From the NCBI GenBank assembly GCA_041659225.1, contig JBAZYR010000005.1, forward strand, positions 7,282 to 71,281: DNA of 64,000 nucleotides, given 5' to 3'. The DNA comes from Candidatus Staskawiczbacteria bacterium. GTDB lineage: Bacteria; Patescibacteriota; Minisyncoccia; Minisyncoccales; Staskawiczbacteraceae. The position numbers were made by a program, and so were the translations under genes. The notes under the pieces were generated by a model, which worked only from the letters and a program-made list of their open reading frames with translations, was not told the DNA's origin and ran no database searches. Below are positions 8,878-18,609 of this stretch, piece after piece; within the stretch, counting starts at the first letter, position 1, and every line of letters begins with the position of its first letter.

Positions 8878-10284
8878 ATGAAAATTACTTTCTTCGGTGC
8901 AGCGCAAAACGTAACCGGCTCAAAACACCTGATTCAGTCACAGGGGTACAGTCTTCTTTTGGATTGCGGTCTCTACCAAGGCAAAAGAAAAGTTTCGAAT
9001 GAACTAAATAAAAACCTTCCTTTTGAAAGCAGCACCATAAATGCGGTCATACTTTCGCATGCGCACCTGGACCATTGCGGTACGTTGCCGATTTTAATCA
9101 AGAACGGATTTGAAAGAAAAATCTATTGCACCGGGGCCACTGCAGGAATTGCAAAATATATTATGGAGGATTGCGCCCAGCTTCAGGAGAACGATGCGAT
9201 ATATGTTAACAAACACCTAAAAAAGCGCGATGAACCGATTTCTCCTATTTACACCAAAGAGGATGTGGCAGAGACTATCAGTCACTTTGAGGAGGTTCCG
9301 TATTTTAACTTAAGCAATCAATGGACCCAGTTAAACGAAAATATCCGCTTCAAATTTTACGAAGCAGGACACGTTTTAGGTTCAGCAATAACATTATTGG
9401 AGATAAAAGAAGACGGAATCACAAAAACATTAGCTTTCTCGGGAGATCTGGGACGGGAATACCTGCCTATCTTGCGTCCGCCGGAGGAGATTAAGGAAGA
9501 CATGCAAACATTGATACTCGAATGTACCTATGGAGCCAGGCTCCATAGGCCGATGGCGGATTTAACGGGAAATCTCGGCGAGATTATAGCAGAAGCGATT
9601 AATAAAAAGAGCAAGGTGATTATTCCGGCTTTTTCGCTGGAGCGTACGCAAGAGCTTGTGTATATTCTTCATAAACTTATAGACGAAAAAACAATTGCGT
9701 CCATTCCAATATATATTGATAGCCCTTTGGCAGATAAAATTACCCAGGTTTTTAAGGAGAACACTGAATATTTCGATGAAGAATTCTGGAAAGACTTCGG
9801 AAGCCGAAACGAGTCGCCATTTGACGCCAAAAACATAATCTATACGCGTTCTACCGAGGAATCAAAGGAATTAAATAACGTGCCTGGTCCCTTTATCGTA
9901 ATCGCCGGCTCGGGTATGGCCGAGGGAGGAAGAGTTCTACACCATTTGAAAAACAACATTTCTAACCCAAACAACATTGTTTTAATAACCGGCTATCAAG
10001 CTGAGAATACGCTTGGCCGGAGGATCCAGGATGGGATTACGCCAATTAAGATTTTTGGAGAAAAGTATAAAGTTAAGGCGAAGGTAATTACACTGGAGGA
10101 ATTAAGCGCCCATGCTGATCAAAAAGATCTTTCAAACTACATTAATAGAATAAAAGGGCTTAAAAAACTGTTCTTAGTGCACACCGAATTGCCTCAAGCC
10201 CAGGTTTTCCGGGGTTTGGTTAGCCAGTTTCATCCGTCTTTATTGGTTAATATTCCTACGCTTGGTCAGGCATTTGAAATTTAA
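8878..10284 (+). CDS. beta-CASP family MBL-fold RNA-metabolising nuclease (RNase J/CPSF-like)
   Basis: HAHLDHCG motif (HxHxDH). Length and architecture of beta-CASP ribonucleases. 468 aa. Confidence 0.7.
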   Translation: MKITFFGAAQNVTGSKHLIQSQGYSLLLDCGLYQGKRKVSNELNKNLPFESSTINAVILSHAHLDHCGTLPILIKNGFERKIYCTGATAGIAKYIMEDCAQLQENDAIYVNKHLKKRDEPISPIYTKEDVAETISHFEEVPYFNLSNQWTQLNENIRFKFYEAGHVLGSAITLLEIKEDGITKTLAFSGDLGREYLPILRPPEEIKEDMQTLILECTYGARLHRPMADLTGNLGEIIAEAINKKSKVIIPAFSLERTQELVYILHKLIDEKTIASIPIYIDSPLADKITQVFKENTEYFDEEFWKDFGSRNESPFDAKNIIYTRSTEESKELNNVPGPFIVIAGSGMAEGGRVLHHLKNNISNPNNIVLITGYQAENTLGRRIQDGITPIKIFGEKYKVKAKVITLEELSAHADQKDLSNYINRIKGLKKLFLVHTELPQAQVFRGLVSQFHPSLLVNIPTLGQAFEI

Positions 10285-10345
10285 TACTTAGTTGACAAAC
10301 ACTGTATTAGGATTAATGTGAAAATATACTATTAAATACAATAAT

Positions 10346-11722
10346 ATGAATAAATACACATTAGGCCTCATATCTGCTGTTTTAGTTTTTTCCTACGCAT
10401 CTGTCGCGTACGCAATGACGCCAGTTCTATCCCTTTCGAATTCGGGAAATGGCGACATGGTCCAAGTCACCGTGACCGGGGATTCTAACTCCAGCGTTAT
10501 TCTTTACTATCCTAAAACTGGTTATGGCACTCAAACCAGCTTTATCGGCACGACCAATTCAGGGGGGTATTTGACAACTACAATCAGCACCAGCTCCTTA
10601 GGCATTACCGCCGGCAGTTCCGTTCATGTAGTGGTTAACAACCAGACTTCTTATGCTGTTGTATGGCCATATGCTACCGGGTTAAACACAATTTATTTCT
10701 CGCCGACTAATCCGACTGTTAACGTCGGGCAGAGCACAACTGTATATGTTTCTGGGGGCCAAGGCAGTTATTACGTATCAACTAATTCCAATTCCAATAT
10801 TGTTCAGACTAGTTTGTCGGGCAGTACCTTGACTTTGTCCGGAATAATGAATGGCACATCGGTGATTACTGTTTGCTCTTCGGTCAATGCTTGCGGCTCT
10901 CTGACAGTCACAGTCGGCTACAGCGGAGGGAATTTATCGTTGAGCCAAACTAACATTTCATTGACGACCGGCCAGAGTGCCAGTGTTTCCATATACGGCA
11001 CCGGCAACTACTATTTTTCTGGCAACATTAACCCAAGCGTTGCTACCGTTTCAATAAGCGGAAGCAGTTTAGTAATTTATGGTGTTAACTACGGCAGCAC
11101 CAGTTTTTCTGTATGCCAAACCGGGGGGCAGTGCGTCACAGCCTATGTTACAGTGACGAATAATATAGTTACGCCGCGAACATCTTTTTTAACTTTTAGC
11201 CCGGCTAACCCAACTTTGCCGCTTGGGCAGAGCACTACTGTTTCAATTTCCGGCGATTATCCGATATATATACTTAATAACAACTATCCTTATAACTACG
11301 GTGTATATACCATTGCATACAATTCTAATTCCAGTGCTGTTCAGGCGTATATTAGCGGAAATTCTTTGGTTCTCACCGGGTCACAGCAGGGAGCTGCCGT
11401 GATTGTTGTGTGCAGCTCTTCTAGCGTTTGCGGACCAATCTCCGTTAAAGTGGGTGTCTACAACATCTACGACGATTATTCAGGATATCAATTCACAAGA
11501 TTCCTGACTCTCGGTTCAACGGGGGATGACGTTATCGCCCTTCAGGAGTTATTGACCCAAGAAGGTTACTATAGCGGCAATATTAGCGGGCGCTATGGCA
11601 GTTTAACCAGGGCTGCTGTGTTGGCCTACCAAACTGCCAACGGATTGCCGCAGACCGGTAATGTTGGGGTATCGACTCGAGATTTCCTCAACAATAACGG
11701 AGGGGTAGGTTACGGTGAATAA
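10346..11722 (+). CDS. secreted protein with four Ig-like (Big_2-like) repeats and a C-terminal peptidoglycan-binding domain
   Basis: Signal peptide. Repeated ~85-aa units ending ...SGSTLTLSG..GTSVITVCSS.NACG..TV.VG. C-terminal GDDVIALQELLTQEGYY...LTRAAVLAYQTANGLPQTG matches PG_binding_1. Confidence 0.6.
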   Translation: MNKYTLGLISAVLVFSYASVAYAMTPVLSLSNSGNGDMVQVTVTGDSNSSVILYYPKTGYGTQTSFIGTTNSGGYLTTTISTSSLGITAGSSVHVVVNNQTSYAVVWPYATGLNTIYFSPTNPTVNVGQSTTVYVSGGQGSYYVSTNSNSNIVQTSLSGSTLTLSGIMNGTSVITVCSSVNACGSLTVTVGYSGGNLSLSQTNISLTTGQSASVSIYGTGNYYFSGNINPSVATVSISGSSLVIYGVNYGSTSFSVCQTGGQCVTAYVTVTNNIVTPRTSFLTFSPANPTLPLGQSTTVSISGDYPIYILNNNYPYNYGVYTIAYNSNSSAVQAYISGNSLVLTGSQQGAAVIVVCSSSSVCGPISVKVGVYNIYDDYSGYQFTRFLTLGSTGDDVIALQELLTQEGYYSGNISGRYGSLTRAAVLAYQTANGLPQTGNVGVSTRDFLNNNGGVGYGE

Positions 11723-11724
11723 TA

Positions 11725-12732
11725 ATGGATTTAAAGCATTTCCAGGAAATATTTAATAACGAACCTTCTTATCGCTTGAAACAGGCCCAAAAGGGCCTTT
11801 TTCAGGATTTAATAAATAGCTGGAAGGAAGCAACGGTTTTTCCGTTAGATCTTAGAGAGAAGCTAGATAAAGAATGTCCGATTGCAATATCTGCCAAGAA
11901 GTTTACCGCGCAAGACCAAAAAACCGTAAAAGCTTTAATTACGTTGGACGACGGATTGAAAATAGAGGCAGTTTTGATGAAGCATGCTGACCATCGGAAC
12001 ACTGTCTGTGTTTCTTCTCAGGTTGGTTGCGCTTTGAGCTGTTCTTTTTGCGCCACCGGAAAGCTAGGATTTAAAAGGAATCTCCAGGTGTGGGAGATAG
12101 TAGAACAGGTTTTATTTTTCGCCCGTTATTTAAAAAAGGCAGGGGAGCGAGTAACAAATATTGTTTTTATGGGAATGGGCGAGCCCTTTTTGAATTACGA
12201 TAATGTTATTGGCGCGATAATGATATTAAATGCCAAGGATTGCTATAACCTAGGCGCCCGTCATTTTTCAATTTCAACAGTTGGTGTCGTCGAAGGTATT
12301 GAAAAGTTAAGCAAAGAGAAACTGCAGATTAATTTAGCGATTTCTTTGCATGCTCCCGACAACCAACTCCGGTCTAAACTAATGGGGATTAATAATAAAT
12401 ATCCTATTGAGGATGTTTTAAAATCTGTCAGTAGCTACGTTAAAAAAACTAAACGACGCGTAATGCTGGAATACATAATGATTAAAGGTGTGAATGATTC
12501 CGAAAAACACGCACACGCCCTCGCGAAGTTAGCGAGAAACCCGTTGTATTTTGTTAATCTTATCACATACAGCGAGACGGGTATGTTCAAACCTTCTGTT
12601 CCTGCGCAAATCAAAATGTTCAAGAAGATTCTTGAGCAGGAACGTGTGGCTGTAACTCAAAGGTATCGTTTCGGTGAAAATATCAAAGGCGCCTGCGGCC
12701 AGTTAGCCCTAGACGATGAAATTGACAGTTAG
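11725..12732 (+). CDS. rlmN: 23S rRNA (adenine2503-C2)-methyltransferase RlmN (radical SAM)
   Basis: CALSCSFCATGK radical-SAM CxxxCxxC in the RlmN/Cfr context. GMGEPFLNYDNV motif. 335 aa. Confidence 0.85.
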   Translation: MDLKHFQEIFNNEPSYRLKQAQKGLFQDLINSWKEATVFPLDLREKLDKECPIAISAKKFTAQDQKTVKALITLDDGLKIEAVLMKHADHRNTVCVSSQVGCALSCSFCATGKLGFKRNLQVWEIVEQVLFFARYLKKAGERVTNIVFMGMGEPFLNYDNVIGAIMILNAKDCYNLGARHFSISTVGVVEGIEKLSKEKLQINLAISLHAPDNQLRSKLMGINNKYPIEDVLKSVSSYVKKTKRRVMLEYIMIKGVNDSEKHAHALAKLARNPLYFVNLITYSETGMFKPSVPAQIKMFKKILEQERVAVTQRYRFGENIKGACGQLALDDEIDS

Positions 12733-12831
12733 TAGTTTCGTGATAGCATATAGTTGATTGGGCGTATTCCTGATCAAGGAGTGCAGTTCATTTACAAAGG
12801 AACGACGGTGCGTCGAACAAGGAGGTTGCAG

Positions 12832-13146
12832 ATGATAAAGATGTTTATTGTTGAGTATTCCAAAATTGCGAAATTTCTTCTATGGGTACTTTTTAGTCTG
12901 TTTATGGTCGCCGAAGTGATCGCTATTCTCCAGCTCGATGTTACTCTTATCTGCCGAGTAACGGCCATTGAGATTGTAATCGTTTTATGCATTTATATAA
13001 TCCGAATTATTGTTCCGGAGCAATGGGTTGCAGCGTATAACGCAAAGCGTTTCTTCCGCTTAGACGAGATAGCTCCAGAGGAGGAGTTGGGATCGCCCCG
13101 CAGCGTAACACTCGAAAAAGAAGGAGACTCTGATGATAATGATTGA
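12832..13146 (+). CDS. small membrane protein (2 TM) with acidic C-terminus
   Basis: AAGGAGG RBS 6 nt upstream of ATG 12832 (internal start of the 12754 ORF). Hydrophobic segments FLLWVLFSLFMVAEVIAIL and IEIVIVLCIYIIRIIV. 4-nt overlap with the next ORF. Confidence 0.3.
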   Translation: MIKMFIVEYSKIAKFLLWVLFSLFMVAEVIAILQLDVTLICRVTAIEIVIVLCIYIIRIIVPEQWVAAYNAKRFFRLDEIAPEEELGSPRSVTLEKEGDSDDND

Positions 13147-13369
13147 CGCGGCAAAGTATTCAGGAAGCGCAGCAACAAAAGTACAAATCTTTCTTGGTGA
13201 AGCGATCTGTCAAATAGCTAAGGAAATCTTCAGTCCACTGAATCGTTACGGGGCCCAATGTGCCTTTGCGACTCATGAGCCGACAATCGACCAACTGGTT
13301 GATAACTACGTAAAGACCGGCGCTATGTGCAGATGCATCGAACGATTTTCCCGACGGGTCCAGACATGA
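13133..13369 (+). CDS. small Cys-containing protein, paralog A of a tandem pair (unknown family)
   Basis: 78 aa. AAGGAG upstream. Shares with the downstream ORF the conserved core IFS.LNRYG.QC.....H.PT..QL.DNY..TG. Confidence 0.35.
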   Translation: MIMIDAAKYSGSAATKVQIFLGEAICQIAKEIFSPLNRYGAQCAFATHEPTIDQLVDNYVKTGAMCRCIERFSRRVQT

Positions 13370-13405
13370 TTCGAATGGCCCGCTCTCGGTCCGAAAGGGG
13401 GTCGC

Positions 13406-13651
13406 ATGTTGACTCTTCACGTAATCCTTGAGATTGGTACACAAAGCGTTGTAGCGGACGTGGAAATCTGTACCGGATCAATTAACGAAATACTCAATGA
13501 TATCTTCAGCGGCCTGAATCGCTACGGCACGCAGTGTTACTACGGGGTTCACGATCCCACATTTAACCAACTATTCGACAATTATCAGCGTACCGGCGGA
13601 CTACAGAGACGCATTTCTTCGCTACCAAGAGCGAAAGCTCGCTGTCGATAG
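13406..13651 (+). CDS. small Cys-containing protein, paralog B of the tandem pair
   Basis: 81 aa. Purine-rich AAAGGGGG upstream. Conserved core shared with 13133..13369. Confidence 0.35.
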   Translation: MLTLHVILEIGTQSVVADVEICTGSINEILNDIFSGLNRYGTQCYYGVHDPTFNQLFDNYQRTGGLQRRISSLPRAKARCR

Positions 13652-13725
13652 ATTATGCATTCGTAATGCCCCACGGCCAAGCCAAGGGGTTTTTGTTTGG
13701 ATACGAAACGTGATAGGATATATTA

Positions 13726-14412
13726 ATGAAAAAAGAAATTATTGTTATATCTCTTGGCGGCTCGATTATTATCCCGAAAACAGGTTTTGACGTAAGATTT
13801 TTGAAGTCCTTCAAGGAATTAATATTAAAATTAACAAAAAAAGGCTATAAGTTTATTATCGTCTGCGGGGGCGGCCAAACTGCACGCTCGTATCAAAAAA
13901 TAGCGCGAGAATTGAGTAATTTAACCCCGGCTGGAATTGATTGGATAGGAATATATGCGACTTGGCTTAACGCCAGCCTATTAAGGGGACTATTTAAAGA
14001 ACGGGCGCATCTGGATATAGTGAATGACCCGACTAAGAAAACGACCTGGAAAAAGCCTATTCTTATTGCCGGCGGATGGAAACCGGGGTTTTCGACAGAT
14101 TACGACGCGGTAAAATTAGCTGAACTATACGGCGTAAGAAAAGTTATTAACTTGTCGAATATTGCATATGTCTTTGACAAAAACCCCTTAGATTTTAAGG
14201 ACGCAAAAAAGATTAAGCAGACTGATTGGGCTAGTTTCCGTAAAATCGTGGGGGAGAAATGGTCTCCCGGGGCTAATCTGCCGTTTGATCCAGTCGCTAG
14301 TAAAATTGCTCAAAAACTTAAGCTAATTTTGTATTTTGTTAAAGGAACTGATTTGGTGGAGGTTGAAAAATCCATAACAGGAGAAAAATTTGACGGAACA
14401 ATCATTGCCTAG
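13726..14412 (+). CDS. amino-acid-kinase-fold protein, probable uridylate (UMP) kinase
   Basis: IVISLGGSII and IIVCGGGQTAR glycine-rich loops typical of the AAK/PyrH fold. 228 aa. Confidence 0.5.
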   Translation: MKKEIIVISLGGSIIIPKTGFDVRFLKSFKELILKLTKKGYKFIIVCGGGQTARSYQKIARELSNLTPAGIDWIGIYATWLNASLLRGLFKERAHLDIVNDPTKKTTWKKPILIAGGWKPGFSTDYDAVKLAELYGVRKVINLSNIAYVFDKNPLDFKDAKKIKQTDWASFRKIVGEKWSPGANLPFDPVASKIAQKLKLILYFVKGTDLVEVEKSITGEKFDGTIIA

Positions 14413-14416
14413 TTAC

Positions 14417-14442
14417 CTTGACGGTGTTTTTTGGTGTATAAT
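14417..14442 (+). promoter_or_regulatory. promoter with extended -10 (TTGACG ... TTTTTTGGTGTATAAT)
   Basis: TTGACG at 14417-14422. T-run plus TGGTGTATAAT ending at 14442. Gene start at 14472. Confidence 0.4.
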
Positions 14443-14471
14443 CAGTTAATAAGTAATTAGTCCGTAAATTT

Positions 14472-15083
14472 ATGAATAAAATACTTTCAATCGTGTTGGT
14501 CGTGTCAGTTTTAGCAAGCACCGGCGTTGTTTATGCTCAAACCAGCGGCACGACTGCGGCGGGAATGACCCCGGACAGCTCTTTCTATTTTTTAAAAACG
14601 TGGAAGGAGTCGATACAAACGTTTTTTACCTTCGGAGCGGAGAACAAAGCTAAGCAGTTTATGCATTTAGCTGATGTTCGGCTGGCTGAATATGAGAAAA
14701 TGCTCGAAAAAGGGAAAGCGACAATTGCTCAAAGAGTTTTAGACAAATATAATGCCCAATTGAATCGAGCAGTGACGAAGATAGAGGAAATAAAAGCAAA
14801 AGGGAACTATAGCGAGGACCTTTTAAGTAAAATTGAGGAAATAAAAGCAAAGGGCGACTACATCATCGGCGGGAAAAAGAAAAAGGAAAATGGCTGTACA
14901 AATTCTGGAGGCACCATAGTATCTGGATTCTGCTGCGCATCCGCTACTGATTTTCCAAGCAGCTGCGCTATCGGCGCCTGCGGCTGCTCGCTGGAGAATA
15001 GTCACGAGGTCAAAACCTGCGATTGTGGGCAAGACCGATGCTTTGACGGAGAAAAATGCGTTTCGTTTCAACAAGGAGGTTAA
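14472..15083 (+). CDS. secreted coiled-coil protein with Cys-rich C-terminal domain
   Basis: Signal peptide. Duplicated IEEIKAKG segment. C-terminus has 11 Cys (CTNSGG...CCAS...CAIGACGCS...CDCGQDRCFDGEKC). Confidence 0.5.
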   Translation: MNKILSIVLVVSVLASTGVVYAQTSGTTAAGMTPDSSFYFLKTWKESIQTFFTFGAENKAKQFMHLADVRLAEYEKMLEKGKATIAQRVLDKYNAQLNRAVTKIEEIKAKGNYSEDLLSKIEEIKAKGDYIIGGKKKKENGCTNSGGTIVSGFCCASATDFPSSCAIGACGCSLENSHEVKTCDCGQDRCFDGEKCVSFQQGG

Positions 15084-15102
15084 TTAATAATTAAGAAAAT
15101 TT

Positions 15103-15474
15103 ATGGAAGAAAATACGCCAAATCAGACAACCGGCGGCCAAACACCACCCGAACCGAAAAAAGAACAGCCGGCAGTTGCAAAAAAGGTTAATGTAATGGC
15201 AATTTTAGCGTACGTTATCTTTTTTATACCCTTGCTAACTGATTCTAAAAATGATCCGTTTGTTAAATACCACGTTCGACAAGGGGCATTGGTATTTTTC
15301 ATATTCATCGTTTCCTGGATACTCGGGTTTATACCCGGGCCTGGGTGGGGCCTTTCGCAGGTGATTTCCTTCTGCGGATTGATTTTAATGATTATTGGAA
15401 TTGTGAATGTTTCGCAAGGAAAAGAGGTTCCGTTGCCCTTAATCGGAAAATACGCCGACAAGATTGATATATAA
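15103..15474 (+). CDS. DUF4870-like small membrane protein
   Basis: MAILAYVIFFIPLL...DPFVKYHVRQGALVFFIFIV matches the DUF4870 pattern. 3 TM segments. Confidence 0.5.
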   Translation: MEENTPNQTTGGQTPPEPKKEQPAVAKKVNVMAILAYVIFFIPLLTDSKNDPFVKYHVRQGALVFFIFIVSWILGFIPGPGWGLSQVISFCGLILMIIGIVNVSQGKEVPLPLIGKYADKIDI

Positions 15475-15493
15475 TAAGTTATTTAAAAAATCG

Positions 15494-15535
15494 CCCTTTT
15501 GTTTCTGCAGCTGCAGAGCTTAGGGCTATTTTTTA
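15494..15535 (+). terminator. rho-independent terminator-like hairpin after the DUF4870 gene
   Basis: GCCCTTTTGTTTCTGCAGCTGCAGAGCTTAGGGC hairpin containing the CTGCAGCTGCAG palindrome, followed by TATTTTTT. Confidence 0.4.
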
Positions 15536-15541
15536 GCAATA

Positions 15542-18457
15542 ATGGCCCTAGACCTGACAAAACTAAATGAAGAGCAAAAGAAAGCTGTAGCCCATAAAAA
15601 TGGGCCTCTTTTGATTGTGGCTGGAGCAGGAACGGGAAAAACTACCGTAATAACGCAAAGGATTGCATATTTGATCGAAAAAGGTGAGGCAACGCCTGAG
15701 GAAATACTGGCGGTTACTTTTACAGATAAAGCAGCGGGTGAATTGGAAGAGCGTGTTGATAGCCTCCTGCCTTATGGATACGTTGACTTATGGGTTTCAA
15801 CTTTTCATGCGTTTTGCGAAAGGATTTTAAGGGACCACGCCTTAGATATCGGCCTGCCTGCCGACTTTAAGGTTTTGAACCAAACCGCCAGTTGGCTGCT
15901 AATGCGGCAGAATATTGATAAGCTGGAGCTTGATTATTACCGTCCGCTAGGAAATCCGACAAAGTTTTTGCAAGCATTAATTTCGCATTTCTCGCATTGC
16001 AAGGATCAGGCGATCTATCCGAAAGACTATTTAGAATATGCCGATAAACTTAAAACCCGAGACGATTCGCCCGAGGAAGAAGAGGTTGAAAGGATTAAAG
16101 AAATCGCCAATGCTTATCATGTGTATCAAAAATTACTGCTGGAAAACAGTTCCTTGGATTTCGGAGATTTGATAAACTATTGTCTGAAGCTTTTCCAGGA
16201 GAGGCCTTTGATTCTTAAAAAGTATCGGGCGAAGTTTAAACATATTCTAGTTGACGAGTTCCAGGATACGAATTGGGCCCAATATGAACTGATTAAAATT
16301 CTGGCTGAACCGAAGAATAATGTTACTGTTTGTGCGGATGACGACCAGGCGATCTACAGGTGGCGGGGGGCATCTTTTTCGAACATTATTCAGTTCAAAA
16401 AGGACTTTGCCGACGCAAAACAGATATCATTAGTTAAGAATTATAGGTCAAGCCAGAATATATTGGACCTGGCGTACAAATTTATCAAAGCCAACGATCC
16501 GGATCGGCTTGAATACGTGAATAAAATTGACAAAAAGTTGGTATCCGAGCTCGGAGGAGACGGGATAATCGAACACATACGTGCCAATTCCTTAGACCAG
16601 GAGGTTTCCCAAATAGTTAAGAAGATAAAAGAGATTTTTAAAAAAGATAAAAATGCGAACTTTAGCGACTTCGCAATATTGGTCCGGGCCAATGATGCTG
16701 CCATCCCGTTTATCAAGGCGTTAGAAAGAGAACAAATTCCTTATCAGTTTTTAGCTTCCCGCGGGCTTTATTCCAAGCCCTGTATTCTGGATATCGTTTC
16801 ATATTTTAAACTTTTGGACAACTATCACGAAAGCTCCGCGGTTTACCGGATTTTGAATCTGCCGTTTTTGAATATTTCCTATGACGATATCGCAAAACTT
16901 ACGCAGTACAGCCACAAAAGAACAATTTCGCTCTATGAAGCAATCGGAGAACTTTCCTTAGTCCCGGGAATTTCCGCAAAAGCCCAAGATAAAATATCTT
17001 TTATCATCAGCCTGATAAAGAAACATAGCCTCATGGCCAGGGAAAAATCAGTGATTGAACTGTTAGCTGCGTTTTTACAGGATTCCGGTTATCTGAAGTA
17101 TCTAACTGATAAAGAAGATGAAGAACAGATCAGTTTGCTCAACCAATTCTACAAGCGCGTTAAATCCTTTGAAGAAAGCACGATAGAACCGACCTTGAGA
17201 AACTTTGTCGAGGAAATAATTTTGGAGATTGAATCTGGCGAACAGGGAAAGCTCGAGTTTGATCCCGAGCAAGGACCGGATATGGTAAAGGTAATGACAA
17301 TCCACGGGGCAAAAGGTTTAGAATTTAAATATGTTTTCCTTGCGAATATGGTGGATAAAAGATTCCCGACAATCGCGCGCGGCGAATTAATCGATCTTCC
17401 GCCGGATTTACTAAAAGACATTAAGCCGACCGGCGACGTTCACTTACAGGAAGAAAGACGGCTTTGTTATGTCGCTATGACCCGGGCGAAAAAAGAGCTG
17501 TATTTTTCTTCAGCTCAGGATTACGGAGGAATGCGGAAGAAAAAATTGTCCAGGTTTTTAATTGAAATGGGATATGAGGATGAAGCGGACGTGAGAATCC
17601 AAAAAACCAAAGGAGAATTATTCGAACCGAGAAGTATCCTGGAAAAAAGAGAAAGCAAAAAAGAAAATGAATATCTGCCAAAACACTTTTCCTTTTCCCA
17701 GCTCACGGCATTTGAAAAGTGTCCTTTGCAGTATAAGTTTAATTTTATTCTAAAAGTACCTATAAGAGGAAAATCTGTTTTTTCTTTTGGAAAAACAATC
17801 CATGCGACGCTATATGAATTTTTGAAACAAGCTGTTGAGGGCGAGAAAATTAAACAGGAAGATCTCTTCGGTTTTAAAGAAAAAGGATCCGGCGCTCTGG
17901 GATTAGATTTGCTAAAAGAGCTCTATGAAAAAAACTGGATCGGGGAGTGGTATGATAACAAAAGCCAGAAAGATGAATATTATGCGCTCGGGCTTAGAAT
18001 TATTAAGGATTTCTATAACGAGTTTAAAAAGAATCCGCCGAAGATTTTAACAGTCAACAACACAATTGCCCTTGAAATCCCATTTAATCTGAAAATAGGG
18101 GATCAGACGGTTTATGGAATTATTGACCGAATCGATCAAACCGAGAAAGGAATTACAATTTTAGATTACAAGACCGGAAATGCAAAAGAAAGGCTTGACG
18201 CGAGTGATAAGGAGCAGTTGTTGATTTACCAAATCGCAGTTGAAGAGGTATTCAAATTAGAACCTACGGAGCTTACGTATTACTATTTAGACAAAGGAAC
18301 AAAGATGTCGTTTCTTGGCGGAGATAAAGAGAAGGAAAAACTTAAGGAAAAGATACTGCGCCAGATGGACGAGATAAAAACAAGTGATTTTAAGCCAACT
18401 CCGGGCTGGCAATGCGCATTTTGCGATTTTAAAGATATATGCGATTTTAAACAATAA
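15542..18457 (+). CDS. UvrD/PcrA-family SF1A helicase fused to a C-terminal Cas4-like PD-(D/E)XK nuclease domain (AddA-like architecture)
   Basis: Walker A VAGAGTGKTTV. DEFQDTN (Walker B/motif II). Motifs VMTIHGAKGLEF and RRLCYVAMTRAK (motifs V/VI). C-terminal nuclease domain with CPLQYKF...IDRID...LDYKTG...QLLIYQ and CAFCDFKDIC cysteines. 971 aa. Confidence 0.8.
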   Translation: MALDLTKLNEEQKKAVAHKNGPLLIVAGAGTGKTTVITQRIAYLIEKGEATPEEILAVTFTDKAAGELEERVDSLLPYGYVDLWVSTFHAFCERILRDHALDIGLPADFKVLNQTASWLLMRQNIDKLELDYYRPLGNPTKFLQALISHFSHCKDQAIYPKDYLEYADKLKTRDDSPEEEEVERIKEIANAYHVYQKLLLENSSLDFGDLINYCLKLFQERPLILKKYRAKFKHILVDEFQDTNWAQYELIKILAEPKNNVTVCADDDQAIYRWRGASFSNIIQFKKDFADAKQISLVKNYRSSQNILDLAYKFIKANDPDRLEYVNKIDKKLVSELGGDGIIEHIRANSLDQEVSQIVKKIKEIFKKDKNANFSDFAILVRANDAAIPFIKALEREQIPYQFLASRGLYSKPCILDIVSYFKLLDNYHESSAVYRILNLPFLNISYDDIAKLTQYSHKRTISLYEAIGELSLVPGISAKAQDKISFIISLIKKHSLMAREKSVIELLAAFLQDSGYLKYLTDKEDEEQISLLNQFYKRVKSFEESTIEPTLRNFVEEIILEIESGEQGKLEFDPEQGPDMVKVMTIHGAKGLEFKYVFLANMVDKRFPTIARGELIDLPPDLLKDIKPTGDVHLQEERRLCYVAMTRAKKELYFSSAQDYGGMRKKKLSRFLIEMGYEDEADVRIQKTKGELFEPRSILEKRESKKENEYLPKHFSFSQLTAFEKCPLQYKFNFILKVPIRGKSVFSFGKTIHATLYEFLKQAVEGEKIKQEDLFGFKEKGSGALGLDLLKELYEKNWIGEWYDNKSQKDEYYALGLRIIKDFYNEFKKNPPKILTVNNTIALEIPFNLKIGDQTVYGIIDRIDQTEKGITILDYKTGNAKERLDASDKEQLLIYQIAVEEVFKLEPTELTYYYLDKGTKMSFLGGDKEKEKLKEKILRQMDEIKTSDFKPTPGWQCAFCDFKDICDFKQ

Positions 18458-18609
18458 ATTATTTACGGAAAGTCATATTTATAAGATTGAAATATAATGG
18501 CGCTGGCCTACGTATTAAATGTGTATACTTGTGGTATACGCCAAAGGTCTCGCGAATAATGAGGCCTTTTGGGCTCTACTGTTAAATATTAATTCCTTTT
18601 ATTGTCTGC

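Noticed and set aside
16441-17706. Minus-strand ORFs inside the UvrD-like helicase gene
   Set aside because: Nested in a strongly supported 971-aa CDS.
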